Positions 1 through 5,251 of a DNA stretch of 5,251 nt are shown in pieces. The notes below the pieces were generated by a model. The model worked only from the letters and a program-made list of their open reading frames with translations, was not told the DNA's origin and made no database searches. Within the stretch, counting starts at the first letter, position 1, and every line of letters starts with the position of its first letter. The DNA is from an uncultured Erysipelotrichaceae bacterium (GTDB taxonomy: Bacteria > Bacillota_I > Bacilli_A > Erysipelotrichales > Erysipelotrichaceae), in NCBI GenBank assembly GCA_964436975.1, contig CAYTET010000002.1, positions 7,818-13,068 on the forward strand, read 5' to 3'. A program made the position numbers and the translations under genes.

Positions 1-279
1 GGCCAGCTGGATTAAGGCGGCCGAATGATCCGGCTCCATGTGATTGACAATCAGGTAGTCAAGCGGCCGGCCGGCCAAAAGATGAGTGACATTTTCAAAG
101 AACAAGTCGCTGATGGCTTTGTCGACGGTGTCTAAGACGACGGTCTTGGCTCCGTCAATAAAATAAGAGTTATAAGAAACACCTTCCGGAACAGCGTAGA
201 CGCCTTCAAACAGGGACAGCCGGCGGTCATTGCCGCCGATGTAGAACATATCAGAAGTTATGCGGATTTCATTATGCAT
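1..279 (-). CDS. FprA-family flavodiiron protein (A-type flavoprotein, metallo-beta-lactamase-like N-terminal domain). Only the first 93 codons are present; the gene continues past the left edge.
   Basis: My reverse-complement translation from the ATG at 279..277 gives MHNEIRITSDMFYIGGNDRRLSLFEGVYAVPEGVSYNSYFIDGAKTVVLDTVDKAISDLFFENVTHLLAGRPLDYLIVNHMEPDHSAALIQLA, open to nt 1. The segments GxNDRRLxLFE, PxGVSYNSY and the di-iron ligand motif H-x-E-x-D-H (NHMEPDHS) are characteristic of flavodiiron/FprA proteins. A strong SD, AAGGAGG (plus-strand cctcctt at 288-294), lies 8 nt upstream of the ATG. The ORF is missing from the supplied track because it is edge-truncated. Confidence 0.8.
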   Translation of the reverse strand, partial: MHNEIRITSDMFYIGGNDRRLSLFEGVYAVPEGVSYNSYFIDGAKTVVLDTVDKAISDLFFENVTHLLAGRPLDYLIVNHMEPDHSAALIQLA

Positions 280-404
280 GATAACTGCCTCCTTACTCTG
301 CCATTGTAGCACATCCGCCTGCCAACAGCCGGCGGGATGCTCTGTCCAGGAAAGAAGCGGCCTGACGGCTATATATATGGCATAACGGAAGAAAGGACAG
401 GCCT

Positions 405-1274
405 ATGCTGAAACTGAGTCATATATCCAAAAGCTTTAAAGGCCGGAAAGTGCTTGATGATGTCAACATGGAGTTTGCCGGCGGCCGCATCACGGCTCTT
501 TTAGGCGCTAACGGCAGCGGCAAGACAACGACATTCCGCATTATTCTCAATCTGCTGCCGCCTGACAGCGGCACCGCTCTTTATGAAGCCGGTCCGCTGC
601 TGCCGTGTCAGAGCGGCTATGTACCGGAGCAGTGCAGTCTGTTTACCGACTGCACCATTGACAGCCAGCTTAAGCTATTCGGCCGGCTGAAAGGCATGGA
701 GGAAGATCTGCTGGAGATGCGGATCAGCCAGTGGCTGCAGACAATGGATCTGGTCAGCCGGCGCTACCAGCCGATCGGCCTGCTGTCAAAGGGCAACCGG
801 CAGCGGGTCGCCATGATTGAAGCACTGATGACCGATCCGATGGTACTGATCTGTGATGAGCCCTTTAACGGTCTGGATCAGGCCAGCGTCAGCCAGCTGC
901 AGCAGCTGCTGAAAAAACTGGCCGACCGGGGCAAGACCATCATCCTGTCTTTTCACCAGTATGAAGCCGTCGGCAGTCTGGCTGATGATTTCTATTACCT
1001 GCGCAACGGCCAGGTGGCACTGACAGCCAGCCGGCAGTCGATGCTGACCGACAGCCGGCGGATTCTGGAAATTGAAACGGCCGCGGCCGATTTCTGCCTG
1101 AAGGATGATGCCATTATTTCCGTGCACTGCAGTCAGCAGCGCCAGCGCTATCAGATTGCGGACCGGACGGCCGCCCTGCGGCTGTGGGAGCAGGTCAGGG
1201 ATTATGACTTCATTCAGTCAATCCGGCTGCAGCCGCTGACCATAACTGATCTATTGGAGCCGCTGCTGGCATGA
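405..1274 (+). CDS. ABC transporter ATP-binding protein, YhaQ/NatA-like subfamily, with an extra C-terminal domain of about 70-80 aa
   Basis: 289-aa ORF. It has Walker A GANGSGKTT, a Q-loop (VPEQ), a variant signature LSKGNRQRV, Walker B VLICDEP followed by D-loop FNGLD, and an H-loop (SFHQ). The LSKGxxQ-type signature plus a C-terminal extension past the nucleotide-binding domain is typical of ATPases that pair with ABC-2/NatB-type permeases. AGGA at 394-397 lies 7 nt before the ATG. Confidence 0.93.
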   Translation: MLKLSHISKSFKGRKVLDDVNMEFAGGRITALLGANGSGKTTTFRIILNLLPPDSGTALYEAGPLLPCQSGYVPEQCSLFTDCTIDSQLKLFGRLKGMEEDLLEMRISQWLQTMDLVSRRYQPIGLLSKGNRQRVAMIEALMTDPMVLICDEPFNGLDQASVSQLQQLLKKLADRGKTIILSFHQYEAVGSLADDFYYLRNGQVALTASRQSMLTDSRRILEIETAAADFCLKDDAIISVHCSQQRQRYQIADRTAALRLWEQVRDYDFIQSIRLQPLTITDLLEPLLA

Positions 1275-2434
1275 AGGTCTTAGTCAGGTTTGCGCTGAAG
1301 AAAAGATTTGCCAGCGGTATAACTATTGTTTTCAATCTGCTGCTGGCCGCCGCAATCATGGCGCTGTTTTTTGCGGACCGGCTGGGCGGAATCAGTACGG
1401 CTGTAATTGATACCGTCTGCCTGGATACTTCCACATCTTCCCTGGCCGACCGTTTCAGCCGCTTTGACCATCAGGAGTACCGCTATAAAGTCAGCAGCCA
1501 GCCGGCTGATGACAGCAGTGTTATCCTGCATTTTGATGACGGCTGGACGATATACAGCCAGCAGCCGGTGGATGAGCCGATCCTGGCCCTGATCAAGGAT
1601 GACATCCAGACGGTAATAACCGAAAAGTATCTGCAGCAGGCGGATCTGAAAGAGGCCAGCTTCATCAATGACTACCGCAGCCAGCTGGCCGGCATCACCA
1701 CCGTCCAGCCGGCGGCCACCGGTCAGGATTATCTCTGGCTGATCATATCAGTAGTCTATTTTCTGATTCTGGGCTACGGCTCGGCTATTGCGGCGGATGT
1801 CGTTTACGAGAAAAGCACGCACAGCCTGGAAGTCATTCTGACCGCTGTCAGTGCCAGGGAGCATTTCAAAGCCAAGATTGTGACCGGGTATGCGGCCCTG
1901 CTTATCCAAAGCGGGCTGGGAACCCTGGATGTGCTGACAGCCTTTCTGCTGCGCTACCGCTATGACAAACTGGCCGGTCTTTCGCAGCTGGCCGGCAGTC
2001 TGCTGGCGGATTACGGGCTGGCTGATATCAGCGGACTGGCCCTGCGGCCGCTGAATGTCATCCTGGCTTTGGCGCTGATTCTGCTGGGCGTGCTGACGAT
2101 TCAGATCATCCTGCTGGTGGCGGCCAGCCAGCTGGTCAACGAGGAGCAGGCATCGGCCTTATCCGGCCCGCTTTATATTGTCCTGCTGCTGGGTTACTAT
2201 CTGCTGGTTTTATACAGTCAGGTCTCATTTATGGATTCACCTGCTGGCATCGTGCTGTCCCAGCTGCCGCTGACCTCCATGCTGGTAATGCCGGTGCGGC
2301 TGCTTCTGTGTGACAGCCCTTTATGGCAGGGAGCGACCGCTCTGGCGGTTGGGCTGGGATTTCTGGCGGTGCTGGTCCGAATAAGTCTGCCGCTGTATCA
2401 GCGGGGCATTCTTAATTACCAGTCCGGACGCTGA
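1271..2434 (+). CDS. ABC-2 family transporter permease (NatB/YhaP-like)
   Basis: 387-aa ORF whose ATG overlaps the ATPase stop (ATGA at 1271-1274), indicating translational coupling. It has an N-terminal TM helix (ITIVFNLLLAAAIMALFFA), then a hydrophilic loop of about 110 aa, then a cluster of hydrophobic helices. The helix cluster contains the NatB-like segment VVYEKSTHSLEVILTAVSAREHF (compare the EK..R..E.LLS motif of ABC-2 permeases). Confidence 0.85.
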   Translation: MKVLVRFALKKRFASGITIVFNLLLAAAIMALFFADRLGGISTAVIDTVCLDTSTSSLADRFSRFDHQEYRYKVSSQPADDSSVILHFDDGWTIYSQQPVDEPILALIKDDIQTVITEKYLQQADLKEASFINDYRSQLAGITTVQPAATGQDYLWLIISVVYFLILGYGSAIAADVVYEKSTHSLEVILTAVSAREHFKAKIVTGYAALLIQSGLGTLDVLTAFLLRYRYDKLAGLSQLAGSLLADYGLADISGLALRPLNVILALALILLGVLTIQIILLVAASQLVNEEQASALSGPLYIVLLLGYYLLVLYSQVSFMDSPAGIVLSQLPLTSMLVMPVRLLLCDSPLWQGATALAVGLGFLAVLVRISLPLYQRGILNYQSGR

Positions 2435-2442
2435 TAAGGTTA

Positions 2443-2473
2443 TTGATTGTATTTAACGGCCAATAATGATAAT
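2443..2473 (+). promoter_or_regulatory. Candidate sigma-70/SigA-type promoter for the pilin-like gene (weak call)
   Basis: The 67-nt spacer between the permease stop and the ATG at 2502 is AT-rich. TTGATT (2443-2448) and GATAAT (2468-2473) are separated by a suboptimal 19 nt. An AGAGG Shine-Dalgarno candidate sits at 2487-2491. This is pattern matching only. Confidence 0.3.
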
Positions 2474-2501
2474 GTTTATTTGAAATTAGAGGCTGGACCC
2501 G

Positions 2502-3239
2502 ATGAAAAGAAAAGGATTTACCATGATGGAGATGATTATTGTCATCGCCATTATTGCTGTCTTGCTGGCAATCATCGTTCCGACAATGACGGGCATTATC
2601 AACAGCGCCAAAACCACCGCCTGTGCGGCCAACCGCGATGCGCTGCGCAGCCGGCTGCAGCTGGCTTATCTTAATGACGAAAATATCGATGATGTCTTTG
2701 CCCAGGAGACGGCCAAGACCGAATGCCCCTTTGGCGGCACTTATTCCTATATTGAAACTAACGGCTCCTTTATTGTGGTCTGTTCGCATCTTGATTCTGA
2801 TCCCGTCTATAAAAAGAGCACCGCCTTTGCGGCGGCGGCTACTGTTATCGGTCAGCAGTGGGATGCGGCCGGCCGGACCAGTCTGACAGTCAACAGTTCG
2901 GCGCTGTCCAATCCTAATTCCTGGGCCAGTAAGTTCTATAATGCCCTGACGCCGGCCCAGCAGGCAGTTATCGATGATTATGTCTGGGTAGTCAAGGCCA
3001 ATCCTTCTGACGGCACTTTCCGTATCTTCTTTGCGGCTAAATCCGATACCTCCAAAACTACGTTTGACATGTATAAATATGATCCCGGCACCAATCAGTT
3101 CCAGTATTCCAGTCAGGGAGCCTTATATGAAAACGGTGATCTCAACCCTAATAATGCCGGTTCCAACTGGGGCTATTATAATGATGACGGAACATATGTT
3201 GCTGACGGCTGGGGCGATTTGATAAGAGGCCAGCCTTAA
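2502..3239 (+). CDS. Prepilin-type N-terminal cleavage/methylation domain protein (type IV pilin / ComGC-like pseudopilin) with an uncharacterised C-terminal extension
   Basis: 245-aa ORF. The N-terminus MKRKG|FTMMEMIIVIAIIAVLLAIIVP is a canonical class III signal: a short basic leader, Gly at -1, Phe at +1, Glu at +5 and a hydrophobic helix of about 20 residues. Residues 30-96 (AKTTACAANRDAL ... ECPFGGTYSY ... VVCSH) match my recollection of the small Cys-containing head of Gram-positive ComGC-like pilins. Residues 101-245 match nothing I recognise. Confidence 0.85.
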   Translation: MKRKGFTMMEMIIVIAIIAVLLAIIVPTMTGIINSAKTTACAANRDALRSRLQLAYLNDENIDDVFAQETAKTECPFGGTYSYIETNGSFIVVCSHLDSDPVYKKSTAFAAAATVIGQQWDAAGRTSLTVNSSALSNPNSWASKFYNALTPAQQAVIDDYVWVVKANPSDGTFRIFFAAKSDTSKTTFDMYKYDPGTNQFQYSSQGALYENGDLNPNNAGSNWGYYNDDGTYVADGWGDLIRGQP

Positions 3240-3259
3240 GCCGGATTCCCTAATAAAAC

Positions 3260-3290
3260 AGACAGCCGGATGTGATGATCCGGCTGTTTA
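3260..3290. terminator. Bidirectional rho-independent terminator shared by the convergent pilin-like and 144-aa genes
   Basis: There is a perfect 9-bp stem, ACAGCCGGA (3262-3270) with TCCGGCTGT (3279-3287), and an 8-nt loop. A T3271:A3278 pair could extend the stem. The downstream run on the plus strand is TTTATAGTTTT, and on the minus strand CTGTTTTATTA. The stem abuts the minus-strand TAA stop at 3290..3288. Confidence 0.65.
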
Positions 3291-3722
3291 TAGTTTTCGG
3301 GTGATAATGATATCCAGATCCAGCAGCGTCTGATAATTAGCCTGGGCCTGGGCGGCGGCAGCCTGCCGTAAGGCCGGATCCAGCCGGTCCAGCACCGCAG
3401 CGGCGGCGGCCTGATAGTCATTTTTATACTGCTTGTTTAACTGGTGCCAGTTGATACCCTTAAACAGGGCCACCAGGGATGGGTCAGCCGTTATCTTCTG
3501 CTGGATCAGCAAAACGGCTATAACCGGATAGCCGGGATAGCTCTGCCAGTAAGTGGCATTGTCATCGCTGCAGTAATAATTATCACGCCATTTAACGGTA
3601 TAGGTTTTCGCTCCGTCGGATGATCTGACAGCTGCGCTGTCACTGCTCACAGCCACCCGGCTGTCCGCGATGGCGGTGTAGGCTTCATACATTTTTGCTA
3701 AAGGCGGTTTTTTGGCGGGCAT
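3288..3722 (-). CDS. Hypothetical cytoplasmic protein, 144 aa, function unknown
   Basis: The ORF is complete. A strong SD, GGGAGGA (plus-strand tcctccc at 3729-3735), lies 6 nt upstream of the ATG at 3722..3720, and the hairpin terminator follows the stop directly. I see no signal peptide or TM helix. The C-terminal third is Ala/Gln-rich and probably helical (AAAAAVLDRLDPALRQAAAAQAQANYQ). I cannot assign a family from memory. Confidence 0.75.
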   Translation of the reverse strand: MPAKKPPLAKMYEAYTAIADSRVAVSSDSAAVRSSDGAKTYTVKWRDNYYCSDDNATYWQSYPGYPVIAVLLIQQKITADPSLVALFKGINWHQLNKQYKNDYQAAAAAVLDRLDPALRQAAAAQAQANYQTLLDLDIIITRKL

Positions 3723-3794
3723 TGGTCTTCCTCCCTGCTTATCAGGTATTCTATCACGGCTGAAAATAGGTTAAAATAAGGCAGAGGCGAAAAC

Positions 3795-4247
3795 ATGCGC
3801 GTACTTATTCAAAGGGTCAGCCAGGCCGAGGTCAGCGTTGACGGAAAAGTCTGCGGTGCCATTTCCCGCGGATATCTTCTGCTGGTGGGATTCTGCGGCA
3901 GCGACAGTGAAGCCGTTCTGCAGAAAATGGCCCGCAAAATATATGAGATCCGGATCAATGAAGATGAAAACGGCAAGATGAATCTGGCTGTTGACCAGAT
4001 TGGCGGCGCCATTCTGTCGGTCTCCCAGTTTACCCTGTATGCCGACTGCCGTCACGGCCGCCGGCCCGGTTTTACCCAGGCCGCCCCGGCTGATCAGGCC
4101 CGCAGCCTGTACCGGCGGTTTAATGAAATCTTGAGCAGTTACCCGCTTAAAGTTGAAACCGGCCAGTTTCAGGCTGACATGAAGGTCAGTCTGATCAACG
4201 ACGGTCCGGTTACGATATGGTTAGACAGTGTGGACATGGAGGATTAG
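3795..4247 (+). CDS. dtd: D-aminoacyl-tRNA deacylase (D-Tyr-tRNA(Tyr) deacylase)
   Basis: 150-aa ORF. It has the N-terminal MRVLIQRV, the SQFTLYAD motif and the C-terminal NDGPVTI motif, all hallmark DTD-family segments. The length is typical for the family. Confidence 0.95.
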   Translation: MRVLIQRVSQAEVSVDGKVCGAISRGYLLLVGFCGSDSEAVLQKMARKIYEIRINEDENGKMNLAVDQIGGAILSVSQFTLYADCRHGRRPGFTQAAPADQARSLYRRFNEILSSYPLKVETGQFQADMKVSLINDGPVTIWLDSVDMED

Positions 4248-4249
4248 GA

Positions 4250-5107
4250 ATGGGACAGATTATTGACGGAGCCGCTATGGCCGCGGCTGTCCGGGATACT
4301 ATTAAAGCCAATGTTGACGAGAAGATGAATACCGGACAGCGCAGTCCCCAACTGGCTGTTATTCTGGTAGGCGATGACCCGCGTTCGGCCGTTTATGTCA
4401 GGCAGAAGGAAAAGGCCTGTGAAAACTGCCATATCATGTGCACGACGGTATTTATGGCTGCTTCAGCTGATAAGGCTGAACTGCTGGCTGAAATAAGCCG
4501 GCTCAATGATGATGACAGCGTTGACGGTATTATTGTCCAGCTGCCGCTGCCGGCCGGTCTGGCGGACAGTGAGGAAGAAATTATCAGCACGATAGCGGCG
4601 GATAAAGATGTGGATGGTCTGACTCCGGCTTCTTTAGGGCAGCTGTATGCCGGTCAGCCCAAACTAATTCCGGCTACTCCGCGCGGCATTCTTTACATGA
4701 TTGAACAGACCGGCTGTTCAGTTGACGGAGCCCGGACCGTGATTGTCGGCCGGGGCCGGCTGGTCGGCCGGCCGTTGGCGATGCTGCTGACCAATCATAA
4801 TGCCACAGTCACCCTGTGCCATTCCCATACGGCTGATCTGCCAGAGATCTGCCGGCAGGCGGACATTCTGGTTACGGCCACCGGTCAGGTCCAGATGTTT
4901 GACCAGACCTATGTCAAACCGGGGGCGGTTGTTATCGATACCGGCATAGCCACGGGGGCTGACGGCCATCTGCACGGCGACTGCCAGTTTGAAAAAGTCC
5001 GGGAAGTCGCCGGCTGGATTACCCCGGTGCCCAAGGGCGTCGGGCCGATGACGGTGGCGATGCTGATGGCAAATGTGAAGGATGCCTACCTGGAGCATAT
5101 TCTATGA
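4250..5107 (+). CDS. folD: Bifunctional 5,10-methylene-tetrahydrofolate dehydrogenase / 5,10-methenyl-tetrahydrofolate cyclohydrolase
   Basis: FolD hallmarks are present: MGQIIDG start, VGDDPRSAVYVRQKEKAC (catalytic Y-x-x-x-K region), DGIIVQLPLP, DVDGL, VIVGRGRLVGRPLAMLL (dinucleotide-binding loop) and PVPKGVGPMTVAMLM. I place the start at the in-frame ATG at 4250. GGAGGA (4238-4243) precedes it by 6 nt, and it lies 2 nt after the dtd stop. The tracked ATG at 4217 would overlap dtd by 31 nt and add an atypical MVRQCGHGGLG extension. Confidence 0.92.
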   Translation: MGQIIDGAAMAAAVRDTIKANVDEKMNTGQRSPQLAVILVGDDPRSAVYVRQKEKACENCHIMCTTVFMAASADKAELLAEISRLNDDDSVDGIIVQLPLPAGLADSEEEIISTIAADKDVDGLTPASLGQLYAGQPKLIPATPRGILYMIEQTGCSVDGARTVIVGRGRLVGRPLAMLLTNHNATVTLCHSHTADLPEICRQADILVTATGQVQMFDQTYVKPGAVVIDTGIATGADGHLHGDCQFEKVREVAGWITPVPKGVGPMTVAMLMANVKDAYLEHIL

Positions 5108-5251
5108 TCACCGGCTATAAACTGAACGATATCGTGGAGATGAAAAAGCTCGTCTTTGAGAGCGCGATCCAGGAGCAGGAGCTGGGAGACAAGCAGGCCA
5201 TTGAGAAAAAAACCATGGAGAAGTTCGGTATCGAGCCGGAAAAGAACGACA
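5104..5251 (+). CDS. Partial ORF (49 codons, open to the right edge). The first ~15 residues resemble a DUF951/YyzM-type small protein; the rest is unassigned.
   Basis: The ATG at 5104 overlaps the folD stop (ATGA at 5104-5107), and TGGAG (5091-5095) lies 8 nt upstream. My translation is MITGYKLNDIVEMKKLVFESAIQEQELGDKQAIEKKTMEKFGIEPEKND. The YKLNDIVEMKK start matches my recollection of the DUF951 N-terminus, but the expected HPCG continuation is absent. The ORF is edge-truncated, so it is not in the supplied track. Confidence 0.5.
   Translation, partial: MITGYKLNDIVEMKKLVFESAIQEQELGDKQAIEKKTMEKFGIEPEKND

Noticed and set aside
312-339. Imperfect inverted repeat CATCCGCC (312-319), then 11 nt, then GGCGGGATG (331-339, one bulged G), in the divergent intergenic region. 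I also could not find a good -35/-10 pair for the ABC operon; the TATATAT at 372-378 has no matching -35.
   Set aside because: The stem is short, bulged and GC-rich in a GC-rich background. It has no T-run and no recognisable operator consensus, so there is too little evidence to call it a regulatory site.
337-411. 24-codon upstream ORF (MLCPGKKRPDGYIYGITEERTGLC) in the fprA/ABC intergenic region, ending in a TGA that overlaps the ABC ATPase start codon
   Set aside because: It has no credible Shine-Dalgarno sequence upstream and no leader-peptide-like codon pattern. Its length and position are easily explained by chance. It would merit attention only if conserved in relatives.
786-1127. 113-aa minus-strand ORF antisense to the ABC ATPase gene. 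The same applies to the other tracked antisense or off-frame ORFs inside the ABC genes: 1210..1434 (-), 1280..1531 (-), 1407..1592 (+) and 1483..1668 (-).
   Set aside because: All lie fully inside well-supported coding regions with recognisable motifs. None has a Shine-Dalgarno sequence, and their products are low-complexity (Ala/Gly/Arg/Gln-rich), as expected for shadow frames of GC-rich genes.
2422-2429. Perfect 8-bp palindrome GTCCGGAC at the 3' end of the permease gene
   Set aside because: It has no loop and no T-tract, and it lies inside coding sequence. It is not a terminator, and a single 8-mer palindrome is not significant.
2523-2525. Alternative internal start for the pilin-like gene (ATGATGGAG, preceded by AAAGGA)
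   Set aside because: Starting here would delete the MKRKG leader and the Gly-1/Phe+1 cleavage site, while the rest of the motif (Glu+5, hydrophobic helix) is intact. The complete canonical leader argues for the start at 2502.
2412-2789. 125-aa minus-strand ORF and plus-strand off-frame ORFs (2447..2674, 2623..2886, 3031..3222) overlapping the pilin-like gene
   Set aside because: The pilin-like frame carries an unmistakable class III signal motif and a proper stop plus terminator. The overlapping frames have no motifs or RBS and have odd compositions (His/Asn/Asp or Arg/Pro runs).
3236-3421. 61-aa minus-strand ORF overlapping the 3' part of the 144-aa gene and the terminator
   Set aside because: It spans the terminator hairpin and is out of frame with the 144-aa gene it overlaps. 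Its product is Arg/Pro/Trp-rich shadow-frame sequence, and it has no RBS.
3761-3780. Short imperfect direct repeat TGAAAATAGG / TTAAAATAAGG upstream of dtd, with a TAAAAT candidate -10 at 3772-3777
   Set aside because: No acceptable -35 lies at 16-19 nt (TTCTAT only). The repeat is very short and AT-rich. It may simply be promoter-region AT-richness, which is not enough for a feature call.
3771-4055. Minus-strand ORFs (3771..4055, 3809..4012) antisense to dtd, and minus-strand ORFs (4244..4432, 4393..4590, 4718..5098) antisense to folD
   Set aside because: dtd and folD are identified by multiple family-specific motifs. The antisense frames have no start signals or recognisable motifs.
1-5251. 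Search by eye for CRISPR repeats, tandem repeats, IS inverted repeats, tRNA/rRNA-like segments and riboswitch-sized leaders
   Set aside because: No repeated unit of about 12 nt or longer was seen apart from codon-driven CAGCCGGC-type strings. All intergenic regions are 124 nt or shorter, and none shows conserved riboswitch or tRNA-like structure that I can recognise.

Overview
This window looks like an ordinary chromosomal segment from a Gram-positive-style anaerobe. That origin is inferred from GGAGG-type ribosome-binding sites, an FprA-type flavodiiron gene and a ComGC-like pilin leader. Reading left to right: (1) the 5' end of an FprA-family flavodiiron gene on the minus strand, running off the left edge. 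(2) A divergent, translationally coupled two-gene ABC exporter on the plus strand: a YhaQ/NatA-like ATPase and a YhaP/NatB-like ABC-2 permease. (3) A stand-alone gene for a protein with a textbook prepilin (class III) leader and an uncharacterised C-terminal extension of about 145 aa. (4) A convergent 144-aa gene of unknown function on the minus strand, separated from the pilin-like gene by a shared bidirectional hairpin terminator. (5) A tightly packed plus-strand operon of dtd, folD and a third ORF that runs off the right edge. I found no rRNA, tRNA, CRISPR array, transposase, integrase or long repeat. I also see no convincing multi-gene novel system. The three points most worth follow-up are the orphan pilin-like protein with its unassigned C-terminal domain, the unassignable 144-aa protein next to it, and the right-edge ORF. 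That ORF begins like a DUF951 protein and then diverges abruptly near nt 5148, which could mark a junction. The remaining six-frame ORFs are shadow frames inside real genes.
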